Below the pieces are notes generated by a model. The model ran no database searches. It was not told the origin of the DNA and saw only the letters and a list, made by a program, of their open reading frames with translations. This document shows, piece by piece, positions 18,554-28,406 of a stretch of DNA of 64,000 nucleotides (position 1 is its first letter; every line of letters begins with the position of its first letter). The stretch spans positions 391,698-455,697 of the forward strand of contig CAYGLK010000001.1 of the NCBI GenBank assembly GCA_964350985.1, written 5' to 3'. The DNA is from an uncultured Candidatus Saccharibacteria bacterium. GTDB taxonomy: Bacteria > Patescibacteriota > Minisyncoccia > Phycocordibacterales > UBA918. The translations under genes were made by a program, and so were the position numbers.

Positions 18554-18690
18554 AGACTTCTTTCAAAAGTGAGTACAGGTGTGCAAGTTGCAGGGATTTT
18601 TATGAAGAAGGCGTAGTTAAATCTACGATGATTTAATAAAAATCCTGAAACTGGTGCAGATGTGCCACTTTTGAAAGAAGTATTCTACCA
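18554..18690. repeat. Long imperfect inverted repeat (~55-nt arms, outer 15-bp perfect CTTCTTTCAAAAGTG/CACTTTTGAAAGAAG; inner CAGGATTTTTAT/ATAAAAATCCCTG)
   Basis: Read directly from sequence; spans the htpX upstream region and overlaps the stop of the DUF2207 gene. Confidence 0.5.
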
Positions 18691-20364
18691 ACTGCCTCCT
18701 CCACCACCTCCACCTCCTCCTCCCGAAGATCCTCCACCTGAAGAACCACTAGTTCCAGAGCTAGCTGAGAAAGAGTTAGAAAAAGCGCTAATATCATTTG
18801 TTAAGGCGGTAGCAGAAAAGGTGCCGATATTTCCACCTTCGTACCAATCAGGTTGTGGGATTGTTATATCTGCAAAAACTTTAGACCATTCTTTTTCTAC
18901 CCCTAAAGCAATAGCGTAAGGCAAATACTCCATAAATACTTCTGGACTCTTTTCTGGCGCGTTATGGAAAGCAAAACGATCTTTATCCGTTACAGAAAGA
19001 AATAACTTAAAGCCCTCTAGATGATTCTTTAACTCGTAACCACGCGCTGTAGATCGGTCCACGATGAAAGCAATCCCAATAAAAAGAGAAGTTATGGACA
19101 CTAAGACAACCAAAATTATTCCATTTTCAACCCAAAGGAAAAATCCAAGAAAGACAATGGGGCACGCCAAAATAAAAGTCTTACCGAATGTCCAAGGTGG
19201 TAAAGTAGCTATCGTCAGTCCCGTTTTCTTTAAGTCTGCCTGCAAAGCACTTTTAAGCGATAATATTTTCTTACTATTTGCTACTCTGCTCTCACTCAAT
19301 TTAGACAACATTACAGTAGTGGAGACTGGAGTATTTTTTGTAAACAAAAGACCGCTTAGTTTTTCTAAAAACTGATTGTCCAGCTCACTTAGCGGTCGGA
19401 GTAAAGTAATTTCATAGTCAGTCACCTCAAAAAATACTAAAACTTTCTTTTCTGTTTTTTTAATTTTTATAAAACCTTGTTCTGCTAAGTAGACAATACC
19501 CGCCGTGACATCCCGTGGATCAAGTTGACCGTCAAATATAACCCCAGTATACATTGGCAGATAACCCTTCACTGGCTCATACTGAGCTACAACAGGACGA
19601 TCGGCTTTATCTTTAGTTCTAAAACGATAGGCAGAGCGCGCAAAGTAAAGTAACCACAGAAATGCAACTACAAAACCAAAGGGTAAGTAAGATATTTCCT
19701 CAGCTATAAGTTTAGCTACCACTGCCTGATCTATCTCAGTTGCAATAGTTAATCCTTCTCCCGGAAGTAGATCTAGACTACTAAAAACAACGTCTTCGCC
19801 GTTAGTGTTTGCCTGACAAGTATCTGTCTCTCCCGTAAAACCGCGATAACACGCAAAATTTTCCTGATTAAGTGGACCATTTACAAAAGCTGTAACAGAC
19901 TGAATCTCAACCGGCCAATCATTCCCTGTAGCGTTCCAATAAAATTCAGCTCCTTCACTACCATACGATAAAGCACCGCTTAAAACGTACTCGATTGTAT
20001 AGGTATGTGGACCAGAAATAGTTACTGCTGGGTTGCCGATCTTGAATTCAATCTGATTTTTGCTTTCAGTAACTGAAACTGGTTCTGTCTTATTGTCTCT
20101 GGTTACTTTTACTAAATCAATCTCTACTGTTCTACTCTTATACCAAGCTGTAGCTGGCTGAGGATGGTGCTTTTCAATAATTCGAAAAATCCCTCGGCGC
20201 TGCGCTGTCTCAAAATCATAAACAATAGTCTCTTCAACTAATACTGTTCCGTCAGTGTTAATTTGATATTCAATAGCAAAATCTCTGATAACTTCAGCGT
20301 GAGCTTCAGACACCAGGAAAAAACTAACAAAAATAAATAGACTCGCTTGGAAAAAATATTTCAT
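18685..20364 (-). CDS. DUF2207-family membrane protein with C-terminal Gly/Ser-rich tail
   Basis: Signal peptide, large extracytoplasmic N-domain, TM bundle and terminal SGSSGGGSSGGGGGGGGGGSW tail as in DUF2207; LemA partner encoded nearby. Confidence 0.6.
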   Translation of the reverse strand: MKYFFQASLFIFVSFFLVSEAHAEVIRDFAIEYQINTDGTVLVEETIVYDFETAQRRGIFRIIEKHHPQPATAWYKSRTVEIDLVKVTRDNKTEPVSVTESKNQIEFKIGNPAVTISGPHTYTIEYVLSGALSYGSEGAEFYWNATGNDWPVEIQSVTAFVNGPLNQENFACYRGFTGETDTCQANTNGEDVVFSSLDLLPGEGLTIATEIDQAVVAKLIAEEISYLPFGFVVAFLWLLYFARSAYRFRTKDKADRPVVAQYEPVKGYLPMYTGVIFDGQLDPRDVTAGIVYLAEQGFIKIKKTEKKVLVFFEVTDYEITLLRPLSELDNQFLEKLSGLLFTKNTPVSTTVMLSKLSESRVANSKKILSLKSALQADLKKTGLTIATLPPWTFGKTFILACPIVFLGFFLWVENGIILVVLVSITSLFIGIAFIVDRSTARGYELKNHLEGFKLFLSVTDKDRFAFHNAPEKSPEVFMEYLPYAIALGVEKEWSKVFADITIPQPDWYEGGNIGTFSATALTNDISAFSNSFSASSGTSGSSGGGSSGGGGGGGGGGSW

Positions 20365-20411
20365 GCTTCAAGAGTCACTAATACCTCAACAGATTCTCTT
20401 AACCACCTCAA

Positions 20412-20795
20412 TTACAGCGGTATCCCTTGTGGACTTTCGTTTGATTGATAACCAACATCTTCAGACCAAAGTAAGAAATGCTGATGCTTATAATCCCCTT
20501 TTCGAAGTAGATTTTCTTTCCGTGCCTCTGCTAGTTCAGTATCAGAGATCTCTAATTGCTTTATTATAGTATCAAGCACAACCATCAAGTCAGTATACTC
20601 ACCAATGAATTCCTCTTTTGTGCGAACCATAGCTAGTGAAGTAGCTTCCTCTTTAATTTTCTTAAAGAGTTCCTGCTGAAACTCTTGCATGTCAGAAATT
20701 TGACGCACTTCACACTCTTCACGCTTAGCACGAATAATCTCAGGAATATTATCGCGAACTAACTTATTGTAGTAAACGCGCGTTATTTGAGACAT
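20412..20795 (-). CDS. Putative MazG-like all-alpha nucleotide pyrophosphohydrolase
   Basis: N-terminal YYNKLVRDNIPEII and EExxE/D pattern typical of MazG/PRA-PH-like house-cleaning NTP pyrophosphatases; weak. Confidence 0.45.
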   Translation of the reverse strand: MSQITRVYYNKLVRDNIPEIIRAKREECEVRQISDMQEFQQELFKKIKEEATSLAMVRTKEEFIGEYTDLMVVLDTIIKQLEISDTELAEARKENLLRKGDYKHQHFLLWSEDVGYQSNESPQGIPL

Positions 20796-20798
20796 GGA

Positions 20799-21377
20799 CT
20801 AAAAGCTTACTTTTACTGGTTCTCTTTCTTGACTACCTTCTGCTAGTTCAAAGAATTGTTCTTCTTTAAAGTTAAAAGCATTACCAACAATATTAGCCGG
20901 GAAAGATTGAAGTCCGATCTTAAGATCTCGAACGTTTCCGTTATAGAATCGACGTGCTGCTTGGATCTTGTTTTCTGTATCTGTTAGTTCTGTTTGTAGT
21001 TGTGCAAAGTTTTGATTAGCTTTAAGGTCAGGATAAGCTTCAGCCACAGCTAGAAGTTTTCCAAGAGAAGCACCAAGCGCTGATTCAGCTCCAGCCATTG
21101 CTGTAATTTGTTCTGGAGTAATATTTGAAGGATCTACGTGTACTTGAGTTGCTTTTGCGCGCGCATTTGTAACTTCTTCGAATACTCCTCGTTCATGTGC
21201 TGCGTAACCTTTAACAGTTTCAATCAAATTAGGGATCAAATCGTAACGACGCTTCAGTTGTACATCAATATCAGCCCAAGCTTCTTTTGTACGTTGTGTT
21301 AGACGAACAAAATTGTTGTATAGATAAACAACATAAACAGCTACCACTACCAGTATTGCAATAATTATCCAGGTCAT
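20799..21377 (-). CDS. lemA: LemA family protein
   Basis: N-terminal TM, LTQRTKEAWADIDVQLKRRYDLIPNLIETVKGYAAHE matches the LemA signature. Confidence 0.8.
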   Translation of the reverse strand: MTWIIIAILVVVAVYVVYLYNNFVRLTQRTKEAWADIDVQLKRRYDLIPNLIETVKGYAAHERGVFEEVTNARAKATQVHVDPSNITPEQITAMAGAESALGASLGKLLAVAEAYPDLKANQNFAQLQTELTDTENKIQAARRFYNGNVRDLKIGLQSFPANIVGNAFNFKEEQFFELAEGSQEREPVKVSF

Positions 21378-21487
21378 ATTTTTAGCAAAATCTTTAAATT
21401 TATAAACTTAGGCAAATTATACCACAATATAAAAAAGTAAAAAGCCGGACGACGCCCAGCTTTTTACTTTAATTATTCCTCTGTTTA

Positions 21488-23143
21488 TTAGTACATTCCT
21501 CCACCCATACCTCCCATTCCTCCCATATCTGGCATAGATGGCTTATCTTTCTCTGGCTCGTCAGCAATAGCTGCTTCGGTTGTGAGTAAGATTCCTGCAG
21601 CTGAAACAGCGTGTTGTACACAAGCTCGCTCTACTTTTACTGGGTCAATAATTCCAGCTTTAATCATATCATCGACCATCTCTCCTTTTGCAGCGTCAAA
21701 GCCTGCATTTCCTCCAGCAGTTTTTACTTTCTCTACAATCACCGCCCCGTCTACCTTTCCAGTATTATCAGCAATCTGCTTTAACGGCATCTCAAGGGCC
21801 TTAAGTACAATACTGTACCCAACCAACTCTTCTTTACTTAGTTGTTTTTTAGACAAGATTTCTTTCTCAACAATAGCTGCCGCTCGAGCTAGCGAAGTAC
21901 CACCTCCAGGAACAATTCCTTCTTCAATCGCCGCTTTAGTGGCATTGACAGCATCTTCAATCTTCAACTTTAGATACTTCATTTCAGTTTCTGTTGCAGC
22001 TCCTACCCGAATTACTGCTACTCCTCCAGAAAGTTTAGCAATTCTTTCTTCTAGTTTTTCTTTATCAAACTTAGAAGAAACGGAGTCTACTTGAGCTTTC
22101 AGAGCTTTTACTCGATCAGTAATTGCACTCTTTTCTCCAGCACCACCAACAATCACAGTACTGTCTTTAGTAGACACTACTCGATCCGCCTTACCTAGTT
22201 GAGCTATTTCAGTATTTTCAAGCTTTAGTCCAACTTCTTCAGAGATAACTTCAGCCCCAAGAGTGATCGCCAAATCTGCCAGTAATTCTTTCTTTCGATC
22301 ACCGTAGCCTGGCGCTTTGATAGCCAAGACTGAAAATCCTCCCTTTAGTTTGTTAACCACAAAAGTAGCTAGGGCTTCACCTTCGACATCGTCAGCAATG
22401 ATCACCAGTTCTTTCTTCCCTGTTTGGGCAATTTTTTCAAGTAGTGGCAAGATATCTTGCACTGAAACAATCTTCTTGTCTGTAATAAGGACGTGAGCAT
22501 TCTTATATTCAGCTTCCATTCGTTCTGGGTTAGTCACCATATAAGGAGAAACATATCCCCGATCGAATTCCATTCCTTCAGTAAATTCTGTTTCAATTCC
22601 AAAAGATTGTGACTCTTCTACGGTAACTACTCCGTCTTTCCCAACTTTATCAATAGTTTCGGCAATTTTTTCTCCTAGCTCAGCACTCTCAGCTGAAATA
22701 GTCGCTACTTGTTTGATCTCATCAATTGAACTGATCTTAGTCGCCATCTTATGAAGTGTTTCAACTACATCCTTAGCAGCATGCTCCATACCAGTTCGAA
22801 CTGCCATTGAGTTTAGACCCATAGTAGTCTGCTTCAGACCTTCATTTACCAAAGCTTGAGTCAAAACTGTAGCTGTAGTAGTACCGTCTCCGGCTAGCTC
22901 GTTAGTTTTATTGGCTACCTCTTTAATGATCTCAGCTCCCATATTCTCGAACTTGTCAGACAGGGTAATATCTCTGGCAATTGAAACGCCGTCGTTGGTG
23001 ATAGTTGGACCACCAAAACCCTTATCTAAAATCACATTTCGCCCTCGTGGACCTAGAGTTACTTTTACAGCATTAGCAACCGTATCAACGCCTTTTTGCA
23101 ATTTCTTTTTTACCTCCTCACCAAAAATAACTTGTTTAGCCAT
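21488..23143 (-). CDS. groEL: Chaperonin GroEL (60 kDa)
   Basis: 551 aa; AKQVIFGEE...VTLGPRGRNVIL...GDGTTTATVL and C-terminal GGM repeats. Confidence 0.95.
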   Translation of the reverse strand: MAKQVIFGEEVKKKLQKGVDTVANAVKVTLGPRGRNVILDKGFGGPTITNDGVSIARDITLSDKFENMGAEIIKEVANKTNELAGDGTTTATVLTQALVNEGLKQTTMGLNSMAVRTGMEHAAKDVVETLHKMATKISSIDEIKQVATISAESAELGEKIAETIDKVGKDGVVTVEESQSFGIETEFTEGMEFDRGYVSPYMVTNPERMEAEYKNAHVLITDKKIVSVQDILPLLEKIAQTGKKELVIIADDVEGEALATFVVNKLKGGFSVLAIKAPGYGDRKKELLADLAITLGAEVISEEVGLKLENTEIAQLGKADRVVSTKDSTVIVGGAGEKSAITDRVKALKAQVDSVSSKFDKEKLEERIAKLSGGVAVIRVGAATETEMKYLKLKIEDAVNATKAAIEEGIVPGGGTSLARAAAIVEKEILSKKQLSKEELVGYSIVLKALEMPLKQIADNTGKVDGAVIVEKVKTAGGNAGFDAAKGEMVDDMIKAGIIDPVKVERACVQHAVSAAGILLTTEAAIADEPEKDKPSMPDMGGMGGMGGGMY

Positions 23144-23162
23144 AATAATTTAAGAATCAAGT

Positions 23163-23495
23163 TTAGTTGTTAAAAATACCGAGAATACTACTCTCACCAA
23201 CGATAAAGAAATCTTTTTTCTCAATTTTCAATTCATCGTAACCGTACTTTGAGAAAATAACTCGATCGCCTACTTTCACATCAAGAGGAATTCTTTTTTC
23301 GCCATCCTCATCCCATTTTCCTGGTCCAACAGCGACTACAATTCCCTGCTCTGGCTTTTCCTTTTTTGCTGTATCCGGAATAATAATGCCTGAAGGTGAC
23401 ACAGCGCCCGATTCTTCTTCAGCCAAAGGCCGGACGATCACTCGGTCTCCTAGAGGCTTAATTGGACTTTCGTTTGTCTTACTATTTTCTGACAT
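23163..23495 (-). CDS. groES: Co-chaperonin GroES (10 kDa)
   Basis: [12 protein letters not shown]...[21 protein letters not shown] pattern, 19 nt upstream of groEL. Confidence 0.9.
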   Translation of the reverse strand: MSENSKTNESPIKPLGDRVIVRPLAEEESGAVSPSGIIIPDTAKKEKPEQGIVVAVGPGKWDEDGEKRIPLDVKVGDRVIFSKYGYDELKIEKKDFFIVGESSILGIFNN

Positions 23496-23591
23496 ATATT
23501 TATTAATTACTTTTACGCAAAATTACTAAAATTTAAATTTAAGTTGCCGCATAGAATCTTTTTTTTCGTTTTACCTCCACGCAGCCGTGTC

Positions 23592-23619
23592 ATTATACGG
23601 CACCTATATTCTCTGTCAA
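23592..23619 (-). promoter_or_regulatory. Putative sigma70 promoter for groES-groEL (TTGACA-N16-TATAAT)
   Basis: Minus strand reads ttgacagagaatataggtgccgtataat ~95 nt upstream of the groES ATG; no CIRCE inverted repeat found. Confidence 0.5.
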
Positions 23620-23636
23620 AAATTCGCTTTTTAAAT

Positions 23637-24032
23637 TTACTTTCTTGCCACACTCTTATAACGGCGACGACCAAACCAAACATTTAAAGCTGCTGATATT
23701 ACCCTGAGTGCGCGCACTGCTCGAAGAATTCTCAGAGCTTGCGCCAGTTCAGTTGTTAGCGGAATTGATGAAACAAAGTCGAGCCAATTGTGTTTCCAGT
23801 ATTGCTTCTTCGAATACTTAAGATTAAAAAATAATCCGATAATAAAATCCGTCAAAAATACCCAAGCAACGGCTAAGTCCAGATTTTTACTTAATTCAAT
23901 ATATTTATCTTCAGCGTAAGGAGAAACTTCATAAATAAGAAGGGCTACAGTAAAAAGAGCCAAAACGAGCATCAGTAAGGCATACCAAGGATTGCTTTGG
24001 ATTTTGGTAACAAATACTGAAAACTTTTTCAT
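23637..24032 (-). CDS. Small membrane protein with voltage-sensor/ion-transport-like helix
   Basis: Three TM helices and an S4-like LRILRAVRALRVI arginine ladder. Confidence 0.4.
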   Translation of the reverse strand: MKKFSVFVTKIQSNPWYALLMLVLALFTVALLIYEVSPYAEDKYIELSKNLDLAVAWVFLTDFIIGLFFNLKYSKKQYWKHNWLDFVSSIPLTTELAQALRILRAVRALRVISAALNVWFGRRRYKSVARK

Positions 24033-24176
24033 TAACTTAATTATAACTGATCCTATAATTATTTTTTAGATATAAAGAGCATATCCTGATAGTCATACTT
24101 CTATTGATTTTGAGTTTAAATGTACCAAGTCTAGATATCTTGCCACCGGACCCGGTTTCTGATATCATCTCCCGTA

Positions 24177-24416
24177 ATGGACATCATTCAAACAGTGCAA
24201 CCGGCACTGCCCTACATTCAGATCGTTCTTGCTGTACTATTGGTAGCAGCTATTTTACTGCAACAACGTGGTTCTAGTCTGGGTGGAGCATTCGGAGGTG
24301 ACAACTTTAGCTCAGCTTTTCACAAGCGTCGTGGAGCAGAACAATTCCTATTCCAGTTTTCTATTGGGATTGCAATTCTTTTCGTTGTTTCTACTTTCTT
24401 GAATATTCTTGTATAG
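24177..24416 (+). CDS. secG: Preprotein translocase subunit SecG
   Basis: Two TM helices flanking LLQQRGSSLGGAFGG, the SecG signature. Confidence 0.75.
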   Translation: MDIIQTVQPALPYIQIVLAVLLVAAILLQQRGSSLGGAFGGDNFSSAFHKRRGAEQFLFQFSIGIAILFVVSTFLNILV

Positions 24417-24483
24417 ATGACCTAAATTAGGTTTATTTTCTCAACCACACTGAAGTTGTTCTTTTGAGTCTATTTTACATACT

Positions 24484-26235
24484 ATGAGCTTACAATTAAA
24501 ACGTTATTCGATCTTGGATAAATTTTTTAACCTGATTGAAAAGCAAAAACCAAGTGATCGCCTACTACTTAGAGGGCTTTTCTTCCTGGCTTTATTTGCA
24601 GCAATATTTTACCTATACAATATTAACCAAGATCATTCTTTTGCTACACCCACTCGCGGTGGTGTATTAATTGAAGGTATTGTTGGTATTCCTCGATTTG
24701 TTAATCCTGCTCTGGCGATCGCCAGAGCAGATCAAGACACTGTTGCCCTCTTATATAGCGGCCTACTGAAGATTGATACCTTAGGTGAACTTGAACCTGA
24801 TTTAGCTGAAAGTATTACTGTTTCTGAAGATGGAACTCAATACACAATTATCTTAAGAAAAGACCAAAGTTTCCATGACGGATTACCTATTACAGCTAGT
24901 GATGTTATATACACCATAAACCTAATCCAAAATCCTGATCTCAAGAGCCCACTTAGGGGTAATTGGAGCGATGTACAAATAGAAGAAATTTCTGAATATG
25001 AGTTCAAAGTAATTCTGGCTGAAGCTTATTCACCTTTTATGGAGAACTTCACTCTCGGAATAATGCCAAAACATATTTGGAGCACTATCCCAATTGAACA
25101 ATTGCCTTTTAGTCAACGCAACACTGAGCCAGTCGGTTCTGGACAATTTAGTATTGATAAAATAAATCGAGACACCTCAGGCTTGATTGATAGCTATATT
25201 TTAAAACCAGAGACCAATAACCAAACCGATCCAAATCTTGCTGGTATTGAATTAAAGTTTTTCCAAAATGAAGCAGATCTTAAAACAGCTTTCTTGGATA
25301 ATAAAATAAACAGTACTGTCTACCTACCTACAGCTGAAATTGCTGATTTAGAAAAAGACGATATTAAAATCATAAGTGAACCGCTACCACGATTATTTGG
25401 GATCTTCTTTAACCAAAACCGTTCAGCAGCCTTACGTGACAATGCTGCCAGAGAAGCGTTAAGTGTAGCTATCAACAGAGATAGACTGGTGTCCGAAGTA
25501 TTGCATGGTTTTGGTGTCCCCATCACTAAACCTATTTTTAGTATTGCAGGTGAGTTAGAATCAGGTAGTACTGCAGATATCCTATCTCCTAAAGAACAAG
25601 CCGAAGAAATCCTGGTTAATGGAGGTTGGGAGCAAAATGAATCTGGTTTTTGGGAAAAATCAATCGACAAAAGCTTAGAAACACTAAGTCTCACAATTAA
25701 AACTAGCAACAGTGAACTTTTCGACAAGACTATAAATCTTATCGCGGAAGACTGGCAAGAACTTGGAGTAGAAGTACAAATAGAACAATACGAACAGACT
25801 GGTTTGGTTCAATCTGTGATACGCACCCGAGACTTTCAAGCTTTATTGTTTGGTCTTGATATGAACCGAACTCAAGATCTTTACCCTTTCTGGCATTCTT
25901 CACAAAAGAATGATCCTGGTCTAAATATTGCTCAATATACAAATATAGCAGTTGATAGACTACTAGAAAAAACTCGTAATTCTCAAGATAAGACAGAAAG
26001 AGACACTCTTTTAAAAGAAATCAGTGAAGCAATAGATCAAGAGAACCCAGCAATTATGCTTTTTGCACCAAGTATTGCTTACGTTGTGGACGAAAAAATT
26101 ATTACCACACCGATGATTAATCTTGGTAAACCGTCTGATCGTTTTATGAACGTCTCTAACTGGTATGCAAAGTCAGAAATAGTCTGGCCAATTTTTCAAA
26201 AGAAAGAAGTAGAACAAAATATAAATATTAATTAA
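24484..26235 (+). CDS. ABC transporter substrate-binding protein, family 5 (peptide/oligopeptide-binding) with N-terminal membrane anchor
   Basis: Length, N-terminal anchor and overall SBP_bac_5-like pattern (DPD..S, W.DG.P.TA.DV.); no cognate permease/ATPase genes adjacent. Confidence 0.6.
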   Translation: MSLQLKRYSILDKFFNLIEKQKPSDRLLLRGLFFLALFAAIFYLYNINQDHSFATPTRGGVLIEGIVGIPRFVNPALAIARADQDTVALLYSGLLKIDTLGELEPDLAESITVSEDGTQYTIILRKDQSFHDGLPITASDVIYTINLIQNPDLKSPLRGNWSDVQIEEISEYEFKVILAEAYSPFMENFTLGIMPKHIWSTIPIEQLPFSQRNTEPVGSGQFSIDKINRDTSGLIDSYILKPETNNQTDPNLAGIELKFFQNEADLKTAFLDNKINSTVYLPTAEIADLEKDDIKIISEPLPRLFGIFFNQNRSAALRDNAAREALSVAINRDRLVSEVLHGFGVPITKPIFSIAGELESGSTADILSPKEQAEEILVNGGWEQNESGFWEKSIDKSLETLSLTIKTSNSELFDKTINLIAEDWQELGVEVQIEQYEQTGLVQSVIRTRDFQALLFGLDMNRTQDLYPFWHSSQKNDPGLNIAQYTNIAVDRLLEKTRNSQDKTERDTLLKEISEAIDQENPAIMLFAPSIAYVVDEKIITTPMINLGKPSDRFMNVSNWYAKSEIVWPIFQKKEVEQNININ

Positions 26236-26245
26236 TAATAAATTT

Positions 26246-28231
26246 ATGAATCCAAATTCAAATCAAAATTCAAATCCAAGCACCGGACCAAGCCAAAATC
26301 CAAGTACTAGAAATTCTTCTAGTCATACTGGACCAAGAACTCGCCCTCAGCAAAACTCTACACATAGAACTGCAGGGACTAATTCTTCATATAGAGGCAG
26401 TGGCCGAAATGGTACCCAGGGTCGTAGACCTGAAGGCAGTGGACGACCAAAACGTCGTGGACATCCGCAAAGACGTCGTAGCACAACAGCTCCTGCACTT
26501 ACTCACCGCATGAGCTTTACCAACGAAAAGAATCCTGTATTACCTGAGGTTACAGACGAAGACACAGTACGTGTTATTCCTGTATCAGGAGTAGAAGAAA
26601 TCGGTCGAAACATGATCGTTGTCGAAACAAAAGATGATATCGTTGTTATTGATGCCGGCTTCCAGTTTGTCTCTGAAGAAAGTAATGCTCCAGGTATTAA
26701 CTATATTCTTCCAAATACTCAATACCTTGAGGAAAGAAAGCATAAAATCCGAGCGCTAATCATCACTCACGGCCACTTAGACCACATTGGTGGTATTCCT
26801 TTCATTATGGAAAGAATCGGTAATCCACCAATTTACACTCAGTACTTGACTTCACTAATGATCCTCAAGCGACAAGAAGAGTTCCCTCATATGGATCCGG
26901 TAACTATGCAAGTAGTTAAGGAAGGAGAAAGCTTTACTGTTGGTAAACTGAAAGTTAAAACTTTCCCAGTAACTCACTCTATTCCAGACGCTATGGGTGT
27001 TGGTATAGAAACTAAACACGGTGATGTAGTTATTACTGGAGACATCAAGCTAGTTCATGAAAATGGAAAAGTTGTTGTTGAAGAACGAGCTTCTTGGGAA
27101 AAGGTTGGTCTCAACAAAAACTTAGTGTTGCTTTGCGACTCTACTAATGCTGACCGAGAAGGCTTTTCTGCTTCAGAAGAAAAGGTTTATGAGACCCTAG
27201 AAAGTATCATTAAATCAGCTAGTGGTCGTTTGATCATTGGTACCTTTGCCTCACAGTTCGATCGCCTAATCAACATCATTAAAACTTGTGAAGCAACTGG
27301 TAAGAAAATCTTACTTGAAGGTCGTAGTATCAAAACAAACATTGATATTGCTATCATGGCCAAACTACTTGAAGTAAAGCCACATACTTTCATCAATGCT
27401 GGAGACATGAGTGATTACCCAAGTGATAAGATTGTTATTCTTTCAACTGGAGCTCAGGGTGAAGAATTTGCTGCGCTAATGCGTATGGCAACTGACAAAC
27501 ATAAGTTTGTTACCTTAACTGAGAGAGATACAATTGTACTTTCCTCTTCTATTATTCCCGGAAACGAAATCGCTGTTCAAAAGCTAAAAGATAACATTTA
27601 CCGAAAAAACGTTCGTGTTATCAACTACAAAGGTTCTCACGTTCACTCATCTGGACACGGTAACGCTGGAGAACTAGTATGGGTACACCAAACTGTAAAG
27701 CCAACATTCTTGGTACCAGTTCACGGTCACCACTACCACCTCAAGAGTCACATGTATGCGGCTGTTGAAAATGGTTTTCCGAAAGAAAAAGTAGTGGTTC
27801 CAGACAATGGTTCTATCATTGATATCAAAAACGGTACTGAGATCGTAAAACACGCTGTAAAAATACCGACTGAACTTATGATGGTAGACGGCTTTACTGT
27901 TGGTACTAAGCAAGAAGTTGTACTTCGAGACCGACTAAGCCTGGCTCAAGATGGAATGTTTGTCATTATTGCAACAGTAAACAGTAAGACAGGACGTCTA
28001 CGAAAATCTCCAGATATCATCTCTCGTGGTTTTGTTTATCTTAGAGAAAACCAACAACTTCTTTCAGAAGCTAGAGTACTAATTAAACGAACAGTCGAAA
28101 AAGAAACTGAAAGAATGAATCCAATTGATCTTGATTTAGTTAAGGATCAACTAACAGATGTTGTTAGTGGTTTCTTAATGCAAAAGACACAAAAGACACC
28201 GATGGTGATTCCAGTATTGATTGGAGTCTAG
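26246..28231 (+). CDS. rnj: Ribonuclease J (metallo-beta-lactamase/beta-CASP) with ~95-aa low-complexity N-terminal extension
   Basis: IITHGHLDHIGGIPF His motif, beta-CASP region, C-terminal domain; N-terminus is N/S/P/T/R/G-rich. Confidence 0.85.
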   Translation: MNPNSNQNSNPSTGPSQNPSTRNSSSHTGPRTRPQQNSTHRTAGTNSSYRGSGRNGTQGRRPEGSGRPKRRGHPQRRRSTTAPALTHRMSFTNEKNPVLPEVTDEDTVRVIPVSGVEEIGRNMIVVETKDDIVVIDAGFQFVSEESNAPGINYILPNTQYLEERKHKIRALIITHGHLDHIGGIPFIMERIGNPPIYTQYLTSLMILKRQEEFPHMDPVTMQVVKEGESFTVGKLKVKTFPVTHSIPDAMGVGIETKHGDVVITGDIKLVHENGKVVVEERASWEKVGLNKNLVLLCDSTNADREGFSASEEKVYETLESIIKSASGRLIIGTFASQFDRLINIIKTCEATGKKILLEGRSIKTNIDIAIMAKLLEVKPHTFINAGDMSDYPSDKIVILSTGAQGEEFAALMRMATDKHKFVTLTERDTIVLSSSIIPGNEIAVQKLKDNIYRKNVRVINYKGSHVHSSGHGNAGELVWVHQTVKPTFLVPVHGHHYHLKSHMYAAVENGFPKEKVVVPDNGSIIDIKNGTEIVKHAVKIPTELMMVDGFTVGTKQEVVLRDRLSLAQDGMFVIIATVNSKTGRLRKSPDIISRGFVYLRENQQLLSEARVLIKRTVEKETERMNPIDLDLVKDQLTDVVSGFLMQKTQKTPMVIPVLIGV

Positions 28232-28249
28232 CTAGTAAATGATAAAATA

Positions 28250-28287
28250 AAATACCCTGACGGCGTAGCCGTCAGGGTATTTTATTT
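28250..28287 (+). terminator. Rho-independent terminator after rnj
   Basis: aataccctgacggc-gtag-ccgtcagggtatt hairpin followed by TTATTT. Confidence 0.6.
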
Positions 28288-28406
28288 GTTGCGGCATCAG
28301 GGGTGGGTTGCTAGCTAAGGAAATGGCTCCGCCATAACTATTTTATGGCGCACTCATCCACGAGCTGAGGCTCGCGAATCAGTGCGTATACTAGTAAAAT
28401 AATACT

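Noticed and set aside
23496-23636. CIRCE (TTAGCACTC-N9-GAGTGCTAA) heat-shock operator upstream of groES
   Set aside because: Only a direct repeat AGTAATT..AGTAATT is present; no inverted repeat matching CIRCE; a plain TTGACA-N16-TATAAT promoter is visible instead.
28288-28406. Possible riboswitch/ncRNA between rnj terminator and the MFS transporter gene
   Set aside because: Only generic hairpins (e.g. CGAGC-TGAGG-GCTCG) were found, with no recognisable riboswitch consensus. It could simply be the MFS gene leader. Not enough evidence to call.
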